64,000 nt of DNA from Pseudomonadota bacterium (GTDB lineage: Bacteria; Bdellovibrionota_G; JALEGL01; DATDPG01), in contig JAZDDX010000010.1 of assembly GCA_043809315.1 (NCBI GenBank), positions 16,019-80,018 on the forward strand, in the 5' to 3' direction. The translations under genes were made by a program, and so were the position numbers. The notes below the pieces were generated by a model. The model was given only the letters and a program-made list of their open reading frames with translations, was not told where the DNA came from and ran no database searches. Positions 49,238-57,968 of the stretch are shown one piece after another; position 1 is the stretch's first letter, and each line of letters starts with the position of its first letter.

Positions 49238-50962
49238 ATGATGAAGAGGTGGATCTTCGTTCCGGCGTTCGGGATCGCGCTGGGGCTTATGGTTTCGTGG
49301 ATCGACTTCCCGTTCCAGGGACTCTTCTACAACCTCATGATGCGGGTCCGCGGCGTCCAACCGGTCGACCCGGCGATCGTTCTCGCAATGCTCCCTACCT
49401 CTGATTCTCCTGTGGAAACCGAGGACTCCTGGGTTCTGCCCCTCCACCAATTCCTCTTGAAGCTCAAATCGAGAAACCCCCGCGCCGTGGTTCTGGACTT
49501 CCACCTCGACGGGCCCGAACGAGAGTTACTGAAGCCGGATGAACTGCCGTACCCCGTCCTCTGGAACCGCGAGATCCCCCGGCGATCGGCCGAACCCCGA
49601 GTCCTCCGGCTCATCGCTTCCCCCGGTTCGGGTGAGTTCTGGGAATCGTCTCTTTCGGGAAAGGGCTCCTCGTTCGGATCGTTCGATTCCCATCTCATAT
49701 CCCTGATCGCACCGGACAAGGTCGCCAAGCTTTCCCCGGAACGTCTCTACCTGATCAATGTCGCCGGCCCTCCGGGAACCTACCGGCGCATCGAGATCGA
49801 GGAGGCGCTCCGGAGCGCGCTCACTCTTCAGGAACTCTCGGGATCCCTGATCCTCATCCCTCCCCCCCCAAGCCGGCAGCACGCGTACCTGGGCGGGGCC
49901 CCGTTCTATTCGCGGCGGGGGTCGGTCGGAGCCAGCGCCACGGAGCTCGATGCGAATGCGATCGACTCGCTCCTGCGGGACCGTTTCATCCGCGTCTCGC
50001 GAGCGCGCGTCACGATCGCCATGACGATCCTCGTTTCAATCGTCACGACCGCGGGACTTTTTTCCCCGGTCCCGCTCTTGGGGATCCTAACGGTCATCTT
50101 CGTCCTGGCGGGGTTGGTTCTCGTCGGCGTGATCGGCCTGAGCCACTTCATCTATCTCGACATCTCCCGCCCGATTTTCGCGATCGCGATCGCCTACTAC
50201 TTCCTCCTGCCGTACCGTCTGATCGTCGAGTACAAAGGGAGGTGGCGATACCAGGAGGAGGCGCGTCTCCTGTCCGAAGTCGAAACGCTCAAGGACAACT
50301 TCATGTCCCTCGTTTCCCACAACCTGAAGACCCCGATCGCCCGGATCCAGGGGATCGTCGAGATGCTCCTGGCGGCAAAGGAACAGAATCCGAAGAACCT
50401 CCGCCTCGAGTTGGAGAAGATCCTGCGGTCGGGGGAAGACCTGCACCGATTCGTGTCAAGGATTCTCACCTTGACCCGCGTGGAGCGGCCGGAATTCCAG
50501 CTCAAGATGGCGAACAAGGACGTCAACGCGATGATCGAGCGCCTCGTGGAGGCCCATCGGTCCAGCGCGATCGATAAACACGTCGCGATCAAGACGAAGC
50601 TCGAGCCGCTCTTCCCTCTCCTGATGGACGGGGATCTGATCCAGGAATCGGCGGCCAACTTGATCGAGAACGCCGTTAAATACACACCGGCCGGCGGGAC
50701 GGTGGAGATCTCGACCTCGGAATCCGGTTCGTGGGTGAAGATCGACGTGGCCGATTCGGGGCCAGGGATCCGTCCCGAAGACCGCGAGCGGATTTTCCAG
50801 AAGTTCTATCGCGGGCAGGAAGCCCGGAATCAGGGGGTCCGCGGAAGCGGCCTCGGTCTCTATCTCGTCAAGTACTTCGTCGGCCTTCACGGCGGGTTGG
50901 TCTCCGTCGGGGACCGCGAAGGGGGCGGCAGCGTCTTCTCGATTCAGCTCCCGCGGAAGTAG
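49238..50962 (+). CDS. CHASE2-like sensor histidine kinase
   Basis: SHNLKTP H-box, NLIENAVKY, DSGPGI, IFQKFYR, GSGLGL; 3 TM after the sensor domain; no adjacent response regulator. Confidence 0.88.
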   Translation: MMKRWIFVPAFGIALGLMVSWIDFPFQGLFYNLMMRVRGVQPVDPAIVLAMLPTSDSPVETEDSWVLPLHQFLLKLKSRNPRAVVLDFHLDGPERELLKPDELPYPVLWNREIPRRSAEPRVLRLIASPGSGEFWESSLSGKGSSFGSFDSHLISLIAPDKVAKLSPERLYLINVAGPPGTYRRIEIEEALRSALTLQELSGSLILIPPPPSRQHAYLGGAPFYSRRGSVGASATELDANAIDSLLRDRFIRVSRARVTIAMTILVSIVTTAGLFSPVPLLGILTVIFVLAGLVLVGVIGLSHFIYLDISRPIFAIAIAYYFLLPYRLIVEYKGRWRYQEEARLLSEVETLKDNFMSLVSHNLKTPIARIQGIVEMLLAAKEQNPKNLRLELEKILRSGEDLHRFVSRILTLTRVERPEFQLKMANKDVNAMIERLVEAHRSSAIDKHVAIKTKLEPLFPLLMDGDLIQESAANLIENAVKYTPAGGTVEISTSESGSWVKIDVADSGPGIRPEDRERIFQKFYRGQEARNQGVRGSGLGLYLVKYFVGLHGGLVSVGDREGGGSVFSIQLPRK

Positions 50963-51534
50963 CTGGTCGCCACGAAAAAGATCTCTCTGCTCTCCGCCCG
51001 GGAAGCTTTTGGTTTTTGGATCTTCGCCGTCTGAAACGATCTTTGCAGCGAAACGAGGAACTCCTTACTCTCTTCCCCCTGATACATTTTGCAAACAAAC
51101 GAACCTCCCGGAACGAGCAGGTCGTTCGCCAGGGCGAACGCGCAACGGCAAAGCTCGACCGAGCGGGCGTGATCCCCTTCATGATCGCCGGTCGTCTGTG
51201 GGGCGAGATCGCTGATAAGACCATCGAAACTCCCGAACTCTTCTTTTAACTCTGTACTTGATACGGCCAACACATCCGCCTGAAGAACACGACAGTTGGC
51301 CGGAACCTGCGTGCGAAGAGGATTTCGATCGATCGCAACGACCAGCCCCTTCTCCCCTACTCGCTCTGATACGTACTGCATCCACGATCCTGGGGCGGCG
51401 CCCAGATCGAGGATCTTCTGCCCCGCGCGGAAGAGTTTGTACTTCCGATCCAGCTCCTCGAGCTTGAAGACCGACCTCGCCGCGAACCCTTCCGTTTTCG
51501 CCTTGCGATAGTAGCTGTCGGTCTGCTTGGCCAT
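50944..51534 (-). CDS. rlmE: 23S rRNA Um2552 methyltransferase
   Basis: D.YY.KAK..G..ARS.FKL, DLGAAPGSW, SDLAP, KPKASRAES.E. Confidence 0.93.
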   Translation of the reverse strand: MAKQTDSYYRKAKTEGFAARSVFKLEELDRKYKLFRAGQKILDLGAAPGSWMQYVSERVGEKGLVVAIDRNPLRTQVPANCRVLQADVLAVSSTELKEEFGSFDGLISDLAPQTTGDHEGDHARSVELCRCAFALANDLLVPGGSFVCKMYQGEESKEFLVSLQRSFQTAKIQKPKASRAESREIFFVATSYFRGS

Positions 51535-54500
51535 CACCAATTGTACCCGAGCCAGATTCCGATCCTTTTCCGTCCGAGAAACCCCTGGCTTAGACGGAAG
51601 TTCAAACCCAAGAACGTCGGCGCGTTCACGAAGTACCCCACCGAGTGAACCACCTTCGGGTGAGTTCCGTTGTACCAGACCGATCCCACGTCGGCGTAGA
51701 TCCCTCCGCGGATATCGAAATAGCGAATCAAAAAGCCGATCGCCTGATCGAGCGGATCGAAGAACTTCCCTCCGAGGAAATCGAAAATCGGGAGACGGAG
51801 ATCCTCGCTCACGACCCAATAGTTCTGACCGATCAGCTCGTCGAACCCGACCCCCCGGAACGATAGGTTCCCCCCGACGAGAAAAACGCTCGGCAGATTC
51901 CCCTGGCTCGTCCCCGCCGAAACCCTGTGAGCGAGACCGAACCTGGGGAGAAACCGGTTGTACCAGCGGAAGTCGACATTGGCGTCGACGTTCCCGAACG
52001 TCGGTTTCCCCGGGTCCCCTCCGGTCTCCGCCTTGAAGAAGAGCCGGCTCCCAGCGATCGGGCCGTGGCGATCCCAGACCGTCTCGTCATAAGCGAAGAC
52101 CGCCCCCCCTTTCAGCAGATGGAACGTCCGGTTTTGCACGTCCGGCGTGACGAAGCTCGCCGTGTCGACGGTCGGCAAACCGTACTCCTGGATCTCGAGA
52201 TCGCCGTAGAGACGAATCTCCCGGTACCGATCGAGCGTGAACGTCTTCGAGATCTCCGTGCCGTAATCCCGGATCTCGTCCCGAAAATTATAGAACCCGG
52301 CATACGACATCCCATGTCGGAGATCGGCGTATCCCGCCGTGCCGAACCGGGATCCCCCCAGAAAGACGGCATCGACAAAGATCCCGCGATCGCTGAAAAG
52401 GTTGTCGGCGAATCCGCTCACGAGGAATCGGGCGCTCTCGCCGTCGTACCCCACCGCCGCGACCAGCGATCGGACGTGGAAGGCTTCGGGTGCCGGCTTC
52501 GCACTCAAGGTGCGAGGCTGATACGGCTCCTCCGGCGGTCGGGAAGGGATCTTCTCTTTCGGTTTTTCGACCGCCTCGATCGCAACCGCGGTCCCTTCCA
52601 TCTTGGGACTGACGAGATCGTATCCGGCGAGTGTTACGCGATTCGCCTGTTTCGGATCGGAAAGCGGGGCGTCGCGAAGTTCCCAACCGTTCCGGTCCCC
52701 CGTCACCCAGACGAGCCGTCCGCCGACGACCTCCGGCTCGACGGCGTTTCCGGTCGACTCGGTCAGCTTCCGGGTCCGCCCCGAAGCCAAAGCGTACGAG
52801 AAAAGCTCGAAGTTCGGTCCGGAGGGAGCGCTGTAGATCAGTTCCCCCTCCGCTGCGGCATACCCGGCGTTCTCCGTCGCCAACGTCGTCGTGGTACCCG
52901 ACTTCTGATTCCAGAGGACGAGGGGCTCCTCACCGCGAAGAAGGATCGACCCCCCTTTCATCTTTTCTCCGGTCACCATCCGATGGATTGGGTATTTGAT
53001 CCCGTCCTGGACAGCCCATTCCAAAACCTCCTTCGATCCGGCGACGGTTTCCGTGTAGTTGAGATACTTCCCCCGAAACGCGAGGAACGGATACGAAACG
53101 CCCCCTTCCACCACCGGATTCAGCGCCGCGTTTTTCGGATTCCAGAGCAGAAGCTTCTCAGGCACTCTCGGCCGCTTCTTCGGCCGACCCCGGATCACAA
53201 TCGATCCGCTTTCCGGATCGACCGCACCGAAAACCGCTTCCAGATCCGTTTCATGCGGGATCAGGATCTTCGATTCGAGGACGTTGGCTGGGGAGATCGT
53301 CTGAGCCCACCAGTTCCGTCTCCCTCCTGCGAACAGGAGGAGGCGGCCGTCTCTCAGGAAGTCGAACGCCAGGACACCGTTGGTCTCGAGCCCGTGTAGG
53401 GAAAAATCATGTCCATTTTCATAGCCGAACAGCGCCCGCCGGCTCGCCCAGACCACCCGTCGCCGGTCGGGAGAGATGCGGAAGCCGTCCGCATCGCGGG
53501 AAACATCATCGAAGGTCCGTTTCGTCCGATCGTAGATCAAGAGAACGAACGGCCCGTTCGGCTCCTCCGAAACGGCCAACAGGATCCGATGGTCGGCGAG
53601 AAATGCCACCCATTGGATCGGCGTGGAGAGGTCCCGTCCCGGCCCCTCCGGAAGCTCCTCGATCTTCCCGCTTTCGACGTCGAAAACCACGATCCCGGTT
53701 TCCGGCTTCCGGTCGAACCGTTCCGCCTCGCGCGCGAGACGATTGTTGACCAGCAAGAGACAATTCCGGCCATCGGTCGAGACCCATCCGTCGACCACCG
53801 GACGGCCGTCCAGGAGCGGCGTGATCCGGCTCATGAGCGACGGTGGGATCCACCGCCGATCGACCATCTTTGATTCGAGCGAAGTCAGCGCGGTCCCGTC
53901 CCACTCCCAGTAGTGCGCCTTCGAATCCGCCCGGGCTTTCTTGAGATCAGGATCTCCCGCTCTTCCCCGAAACAAGAACCCTTTCGGGAGAACCGCGAAA
54001 CCGTCTACGCCGTAGACCTCCTCCTGTTCGGCCAGTTTCGCCTTCCGATCGGTGAAAAAAAGGCCCGTTCCCGTTGCGGGGCTCGCGTTCGGTTTCTCCG
54101 TCGGTGCCGGTGCCGGCGCCAGGCGCCCCTCCGTCAGGAGTAGCCGTTCCGGCTTTCCGACCGGCCAGCTGGCCTGCAGCTGATCCACCGCGCTCGGCAT
54201 CGGGACCCGGAAAATCGAAGGGGCGAGCTTCATCGGGGAAACGAAGAGGAGGAAGTTCCCGTCGCCGAACTGCGGCCTCTTCGCCCCGATCTTCATCCGG
54301 GTGAGACGCCGGCTCTCGCGCCGATCGAGATCGAGGATCATCAGGTCATACGTCCCGTCCGGATCGGCGACATAAAGGATCCGCTTCCCGTCCGAAGAAA
54401 AGCGAGGCTCTTCCTCCCGAACCGATCGAGTGTCGGTCAGTCGTTCCGCCTGTCGCGTATCAAGATGGAATAGATAAAGATTCCGGTTGTACCGGAGACG

Positions 54501-55988
54501 GTTCGGGGCCCGCTCTTCCTCCTTCGAGTACACCAGTGACTTGGCCGCGTCGGAAAAATCCAGACCGCTCAAGTGCTCCCGGCGGTCTGTCAACCGATCG
54601 AGCCGCCCCGAGCCCCGATCGAAAAGATAGAGGTCCGAATACCCGCCGGCATACCCGATGAACGCGATCCGGCTGGGACCGGCCGGGACCGGATCGACGA
54701 TCGAATCGATCCCGGGCCACGAATGTTTCTCTGTCTTCCCGAGACTGAACTTCCGATTTTTCAGTGTAAACGTGTACGGCACGATCCGGAGTTCGTCCCG
54801 CCCGGATCGCTTGATGGAATAGACGATCTGACGATCGTCCAGCGACCCCCCTTTCCGGAAATAATCGAGCGACTCGTTCCGGAACTCGCGGTCTGCGACG
54901 ATCTTCTTCCGAACGACGCTCCCGTCGAGCGCCGTGAAGTTCACGTACAGGGCGTTCCTCGGACCCGACAGCCCCCCGGAGAGGAAGAAGGGTCCCCGGG
55001 CGTGGAGGAGTACCTCCGTCTCGGCCAGCCGCTGCGCTGTTTCCGCAAGATCTTTTCTCGTCAGAAGATCCGAGTACCGCGTCGAAAGTGCGGCGCTCAC
55101 TTTCTCGTCCAGCTTCTCCGGCGTCCAGCCGAGAGAGGATTTCAGGTTCTCCTCGAAGCTGTCGCTTCGTGCCCGATCGAAGATCTTTCGAAACCCTGGC
55201 TCCCCGAACTCGTCCCAGAGGACGTTCGAAATGAAGTTCCCTTCCTTGTACATGAGCCAGGTCCCCTCGATCTGCCAAAGATCGTCGGTCCGGTAGAAAA
55301 ACCCGTTCACATACGCGTCGCGGATCGCCATCTCGGCATCGGCATCCCAATAGATGGAGTTCGTCTCGGCCGACCCCTCGACGAACCAGAGCGGGAGGCG
55401 GCGAACCCCTTTCGCGATCTGGTAGACGTGTGTCCCCTCGTGTTTCGCCACGTGCTCGAATTTCTGCCGTTCCCCCTCGAACGGGAAGGTCACCCGCTTC
55501 CAGGCGAACAGTTCCGTCAACCCCCCCAACGCCTCCGGGACCGGTCCGCCGATCACGTTCGTCTGTTCGAACTCCTGCCGCGTTTGATAGAAAATGACCG
55601 GCACTTTCTTCGTGAAGCGCGCATCGACGCCGAAGATCCGGTTGTTCCGGACCCACTCCTCCTCGAAATACCTCGTGAGATCGGGAAGAGTCGACTCTCC
55701 CTTCGGGTAGACGAGAAAATCGAAGTGATCCGACTCGAATTTGCGCCAACGGAACCGCTCGTACTGCGGTTTTTTCTCCCCCCAATCGGGGTCGGGCAAG
55801 AACATCGTCCGCCGTTCCCTCCCCGAGATCGGGAACAGAAAACGGGTGAACTGTTCGACCAGATCCTCTCCTTGGGCGTAATACGTCTGTCCGGCGACCG
55901 ACTCCCCCTTCGGCCCGACCGCATTCCCGGCCCACGAACCCGGTGAAATCGTGAGAACCGCGAGGATCAGGGCCCTCCGAAGCTTCAT
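51534..55988 (-). CDS. Gluzincin peptidase, PD40/TolB-like propellers and Omp85-type barrel in one protein
   Basis: Signal peptide; HEGTH...WFVEG; EEEPRFSSDGKRI repeats; FRG loop motif; terminal IWLGYNW. Confidence 0.8.
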   Translation of the reverse strand: MKLRRALILAVLTISPGSWAGNAVGPKGESVAGQTYYAQGEDLVEQFTRFLFPISGRERRTMFLPDPDWGEKKPQYERFRWRKFESDHFDFLVYPKGESTLPDLTRYFEEEWVRNNRIFGVDARFTKKVPVIFYQTRQEFEQTNVIGGPVPEALGGLTELFAWKRVTFPFEGERQKFEHVAKHEGTHVYQIAKGVRRLPLWFVEGSAETNSIYWDADAEMAIRDAYVNGFFYRTDDLWQIEGTWLMYKEGNFISNVLWDEFGEPGFRKIFDRARSDSFEENLKSSLGWTPEKLDEKVSAALSTRYSDLLTRKDLAETAQRLAETEVLLHARGPFFLSGGLSGPRNALYVNFTALDGSVVRKKIVADREFRNESLDYFRKGGSLDDRQIVYSIKRSGRDELRIVPYTFTLKNRKFSLGKTEKHSWPGIDSIVDPVPAGPSRIAFIGYAGGYSDLYLFDRGSGRLDRLTDRREHLSGLDFSDAAKSLVYSKEEERAPNRLRYNRNLYLFHLDTRQAERLTDTRSVREEEPRFSSDGKRILYVADPDGTYDLMILDLDRRESRRLTRMKIGAKRPQFGDGNFLLFVSPMKLAPSIFRVPMPSAVDQLQASWPVGKPERLLLTEGRLAPAPAPTEKPNASPATGTGLFFTDRKAKLAEQEEVYGVDGFAVLPKGFLFRGRAGDPDLKKARADSKAHYWEWDGTALTSLESKMVDRRWIPPSLMSRITPLLDGRPVVDGWVSTDGRNCLLLVNNRLAREAERFDRKPETGIVVFDVESGKIEELPEGPGRDLSTPIQWVAFLADHRILLAVSEEPNGPFVLLIYDRTKRTFDDVSRDADGFRISPDRRRVVWASRRALFGYENGHDFSLHGLETNGVLAFDFLRDGRLLLFAGGRRNWWAQTISPANVLESKILIPHETDLEAVFGAVDPESGSIVIRGRPKKRPRVPEKLLLWNPKNAALNPVVEGGVSYPFLAFRGKYLNYTETVAGSKEVLEWAVQDGIKYPIHRMVTGEKMKGGSILLRGEEPLVLWNQKSGTTTTLATENAGYAAAEGELIYSAPSGPNFELFSYALASGRTRKLTESTGNAVEPEVVGGRLVWVTGDRNGWELRDAPLSDPKQANRVTLAGYDLVSPKMEGTAVAIEAVEKPKEKIPSRPPEEPYQPRTLSAKPAPEAFHVRSLVAAVGYDGESARFLVSGFADNLFSDRGIFVDAVFLGGSRFGTAGYADLRHGMSYAGFYNFRDEIRDYGTEISKTFTLDRYREIRLYGDLEIQEYGLPTVDTASFVTPDVQNRTFHLLKGGAVFAYDETVWDRHGPIAGSRLFFKAETGGDPGKPTFGNVDANVDFRWYNRFLPRFGLAHRVSAGTSQGNLPSVFLVGGNLSFRGVGFDELIGQNYWVVSEDLRLPIFDFLGGKFFDPLDQAIGFLIRYFDIRGGIYADVGSVWYNGTHPKVVHSVGYFVNAPTFLGLNFRLSQGFLGRKRIGIWLGYNW

Positions 55989-56860
55989 GACCGCACCTGC
56001 CACCAAACGAGGCTGGAGATGATCAGTCCCCCTCCCAATACCGTGCCCGCGCCGATCGTCTCCCCCAACAAGGCGAAGCCGAAGAGCGCTCCGAAGAACG
56101 GTTGGAGCAAAAGGCTCAATGCCGCTTGCTGGACCTGCGCCCGCTTGAGCACCCAGTACCAGAGGGTGTACGAGAACACCGAACAGGCGACTGCCAGAAA
56201 GAGCACGGATAACCAGGCTCGCACGGAAAGGGTCGAATACGAAATGCGCGAGATCGTCGGAAAGTTCACGATCGAGCCGACCAGGAAACCGGCGATCATC
56301 ATCCATGCAACCGAGTGAATCGCACCGTACCTTCGGGCGTACGTCTTCCCGGCGACCGAATAGGTCGCTTCCCCCGCAAGAGAAAGGAGAAACAAAAGGT
56401 TTCCAAGGAGGCGGAGCGGGTTGATGCCGGCCTGCAGGGTCATGGTCCCTTTCGAGAGAAGAACCATTCCCACCATTCCGATCGGCAGCGCGATCCAGGT
56501 CCGCCGCGTGGGACGCTCTCGGATCACGAGCGCGGCCAACAGAATCGTCAGAAGCGGCTCGAAGACCACCAGGATCGACGCGTCGACCGCCTGGGTGAAC
56601 TTAAGCGCCTGAACCTGAAGGACCTGAGCCAGGAAGAAATCCAAAACCCCGACCCCTCCCATGATCAAGGTGTCTCGGAGGGTGAATTTCGGGGGACGCC
56701 GAAAAAGCCAGTAGGTGAGGAAGATAACGGAAACGATGCCGTACCGGAGGAAAACGACGGCCGCCACTGGCATCTCCGCCAGCGCATATTTCATCGCGAC
56801 ATACGAGCCCGCCCAGAGCATCTGAGCCAAAGCAAGCCATATCGGGATCGAAAGATTCAC
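55985..56860 (-). CDS. DMT (EamA) transporter
   Basis: LWAGSY, about 10 TM, two EamA repeats, LLGE. Confidence 0.9.
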   Translation of the reverse strand: MNLSIPIWLALAQMLWAGSYVAMKYALAEMPVAAVVFLRYGIVSVIFLTYWLFRRPPKFTLRDTLIMGGVGVLDFFLAQVLQVQALKFTQAVDASILVVFEPLLTILLAALVIRERPTRRTWIALPIGMVGMVLLSKGTMTLQAGINPLRLLGNLLFLLSLAGEATYSVAGKTYARRYGAIHSVAWMMIAGFLVGSIVNFPTISRISYSTLSVRAWLSVLFLAVACSVFSYTLWYWVLKRAQVQQAALSLLLQPFFGALFGFALLGETIGAGTVLGGGLIISSLVWWQVRS

Positions 56861-57456
56861 CTTGAGCGGATCAATTTCTCGACGTTCCAGTCGACCGGGA
56901 TCCGAACCCGTTCCCCCGTCCTCTCGAAAAAGAGCTCCCCTGTCTTGCTGCCGTGCAAAAACAGATCCCGGGTGACCTCCACGTCCTTTTTGCAGTATTC
57001 CCGGACGAGATCGAACTTCCCTTCCTTCACCCAGCGGAGCGACTGCATTCCGTCGGCGCTCTTCGCCTGCCCGAGCGTCGACCTGACGATCGAGTCGAGC
57101 TTCAGACGGTGGCCCAGGATCCGGGTCACTTCTTCCAGAATGTCGAAGTTGGGAAGCGACCGGAGATCGGCCTTCGAATACCCGGCGAGAACTTCGTAAT
57201 CGAACCGTACATGATTGAACCCGACGACGAGATCGGCGCGTTTCAGGTGTGCGATCAGCCCCTCGACCTCTATTTCGTCGTAGACGTGGAACTGACCGTC
57301 GCGGCTGTCAAAGCAGACTCCGCACGCCATTCCCATCCCGCGGATATTGGACCATCCTCCGACCTCGTCGGCGCCTCGCAGGGTCTCCAGATCGAAGTAG
57401 ACGACGTTCGGACCGTCGACTTTGCGCGGTGTGAGAAGCGAAAGTTGCTCGACCAT
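56857..57456 (-). CDS. RNase H-like DEDD 3'-5' exonuclease (YprB/MrfB-like), stand-alone
   Basis: YFDLET, GFNHVRFD, KLDS, YCKKDV. Confidence 0.85.
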   Translation of the reverse strand: MVEQLSLLTPRKVDGPNVVYFDLETLRGADEVGGWSNIRGMGMACGVCFDSRDGQFHVYDEIEVEGLIAHLKRADLVVGFNHVRFDYEVLAGYSKADLRSLPNFDILEEVTRILGHRLKLDSIVRSTLGQAKSADGMQSLRWVKEGKFDLVREYCKKDVEVTRDLFLHGSKTGELFFERTGERVRIPVDWNVEKLIRSR

Positions 57457-57467
57457 GGCGCGGGACT

Positions 57468-57968
57468 TTACCACATCTTTCCCGCCAGCCGGGAAGCCCC
57501 TTCCCGGGCCCGCTGATTCACCGAATCGGCTTTCAGCGCCTCCTCGAACGCCCCCCTCGCTTCCGGTATCTTCCCCGACCGTTCAAAACTCTCCCCTCGG
57601 TATGCGAGCGCTTCCGCGCGCCAGTCCGCCGCGTCGGCGAAAAGTCCGGCCGACCGTATGAACAGCTCGGCCGCCTCCTCCAGCCGGTTCGCCCGGAACC
57701 GGACTACCCCCAGATAGAAATAGGCGTACGGGTTGCCGGGATCGACCTCGAGTCCCCGCGCCAGTTTCTCGGCGGCCCTTTCGAGCCGTCCCGCTTCGAG
57801 ATCGGTTCGAGCCGCATCGACCATCCGCAAGGAGGCCGCGCGCCTTGGATCGGACGATTCGCGGGCGATGATTTCACTCATGGGGGCCGATTCCGGAGAC
57901 GGAGCCGGCTTGATCGGAGCACACCCGCCGATCCAGAAGACCATCCACAGAGCGAATACCCGGTTCAT
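57468..57968 (-). CDS. TPR lipoprotein, LpoP-like
   Basis: IGGC lipobox, TPR helices; ATGA-coupled to PBP1B. Confidence 0.75.
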   Translation of the reverse strand: MNRVFALWMVFWIGGCAPIKPAPSPESAPMSEIIARESSDPRRAASLRMVDAARTDLEAGRLERAAEKLARGLEVDPGNPYAYFYLGVVRFRANRLEEAAELFIRSAGLFADAADWRAEALAYRGESFERSGKIPEARGAFEEALKADSVNQRAREGASRLAGKMW

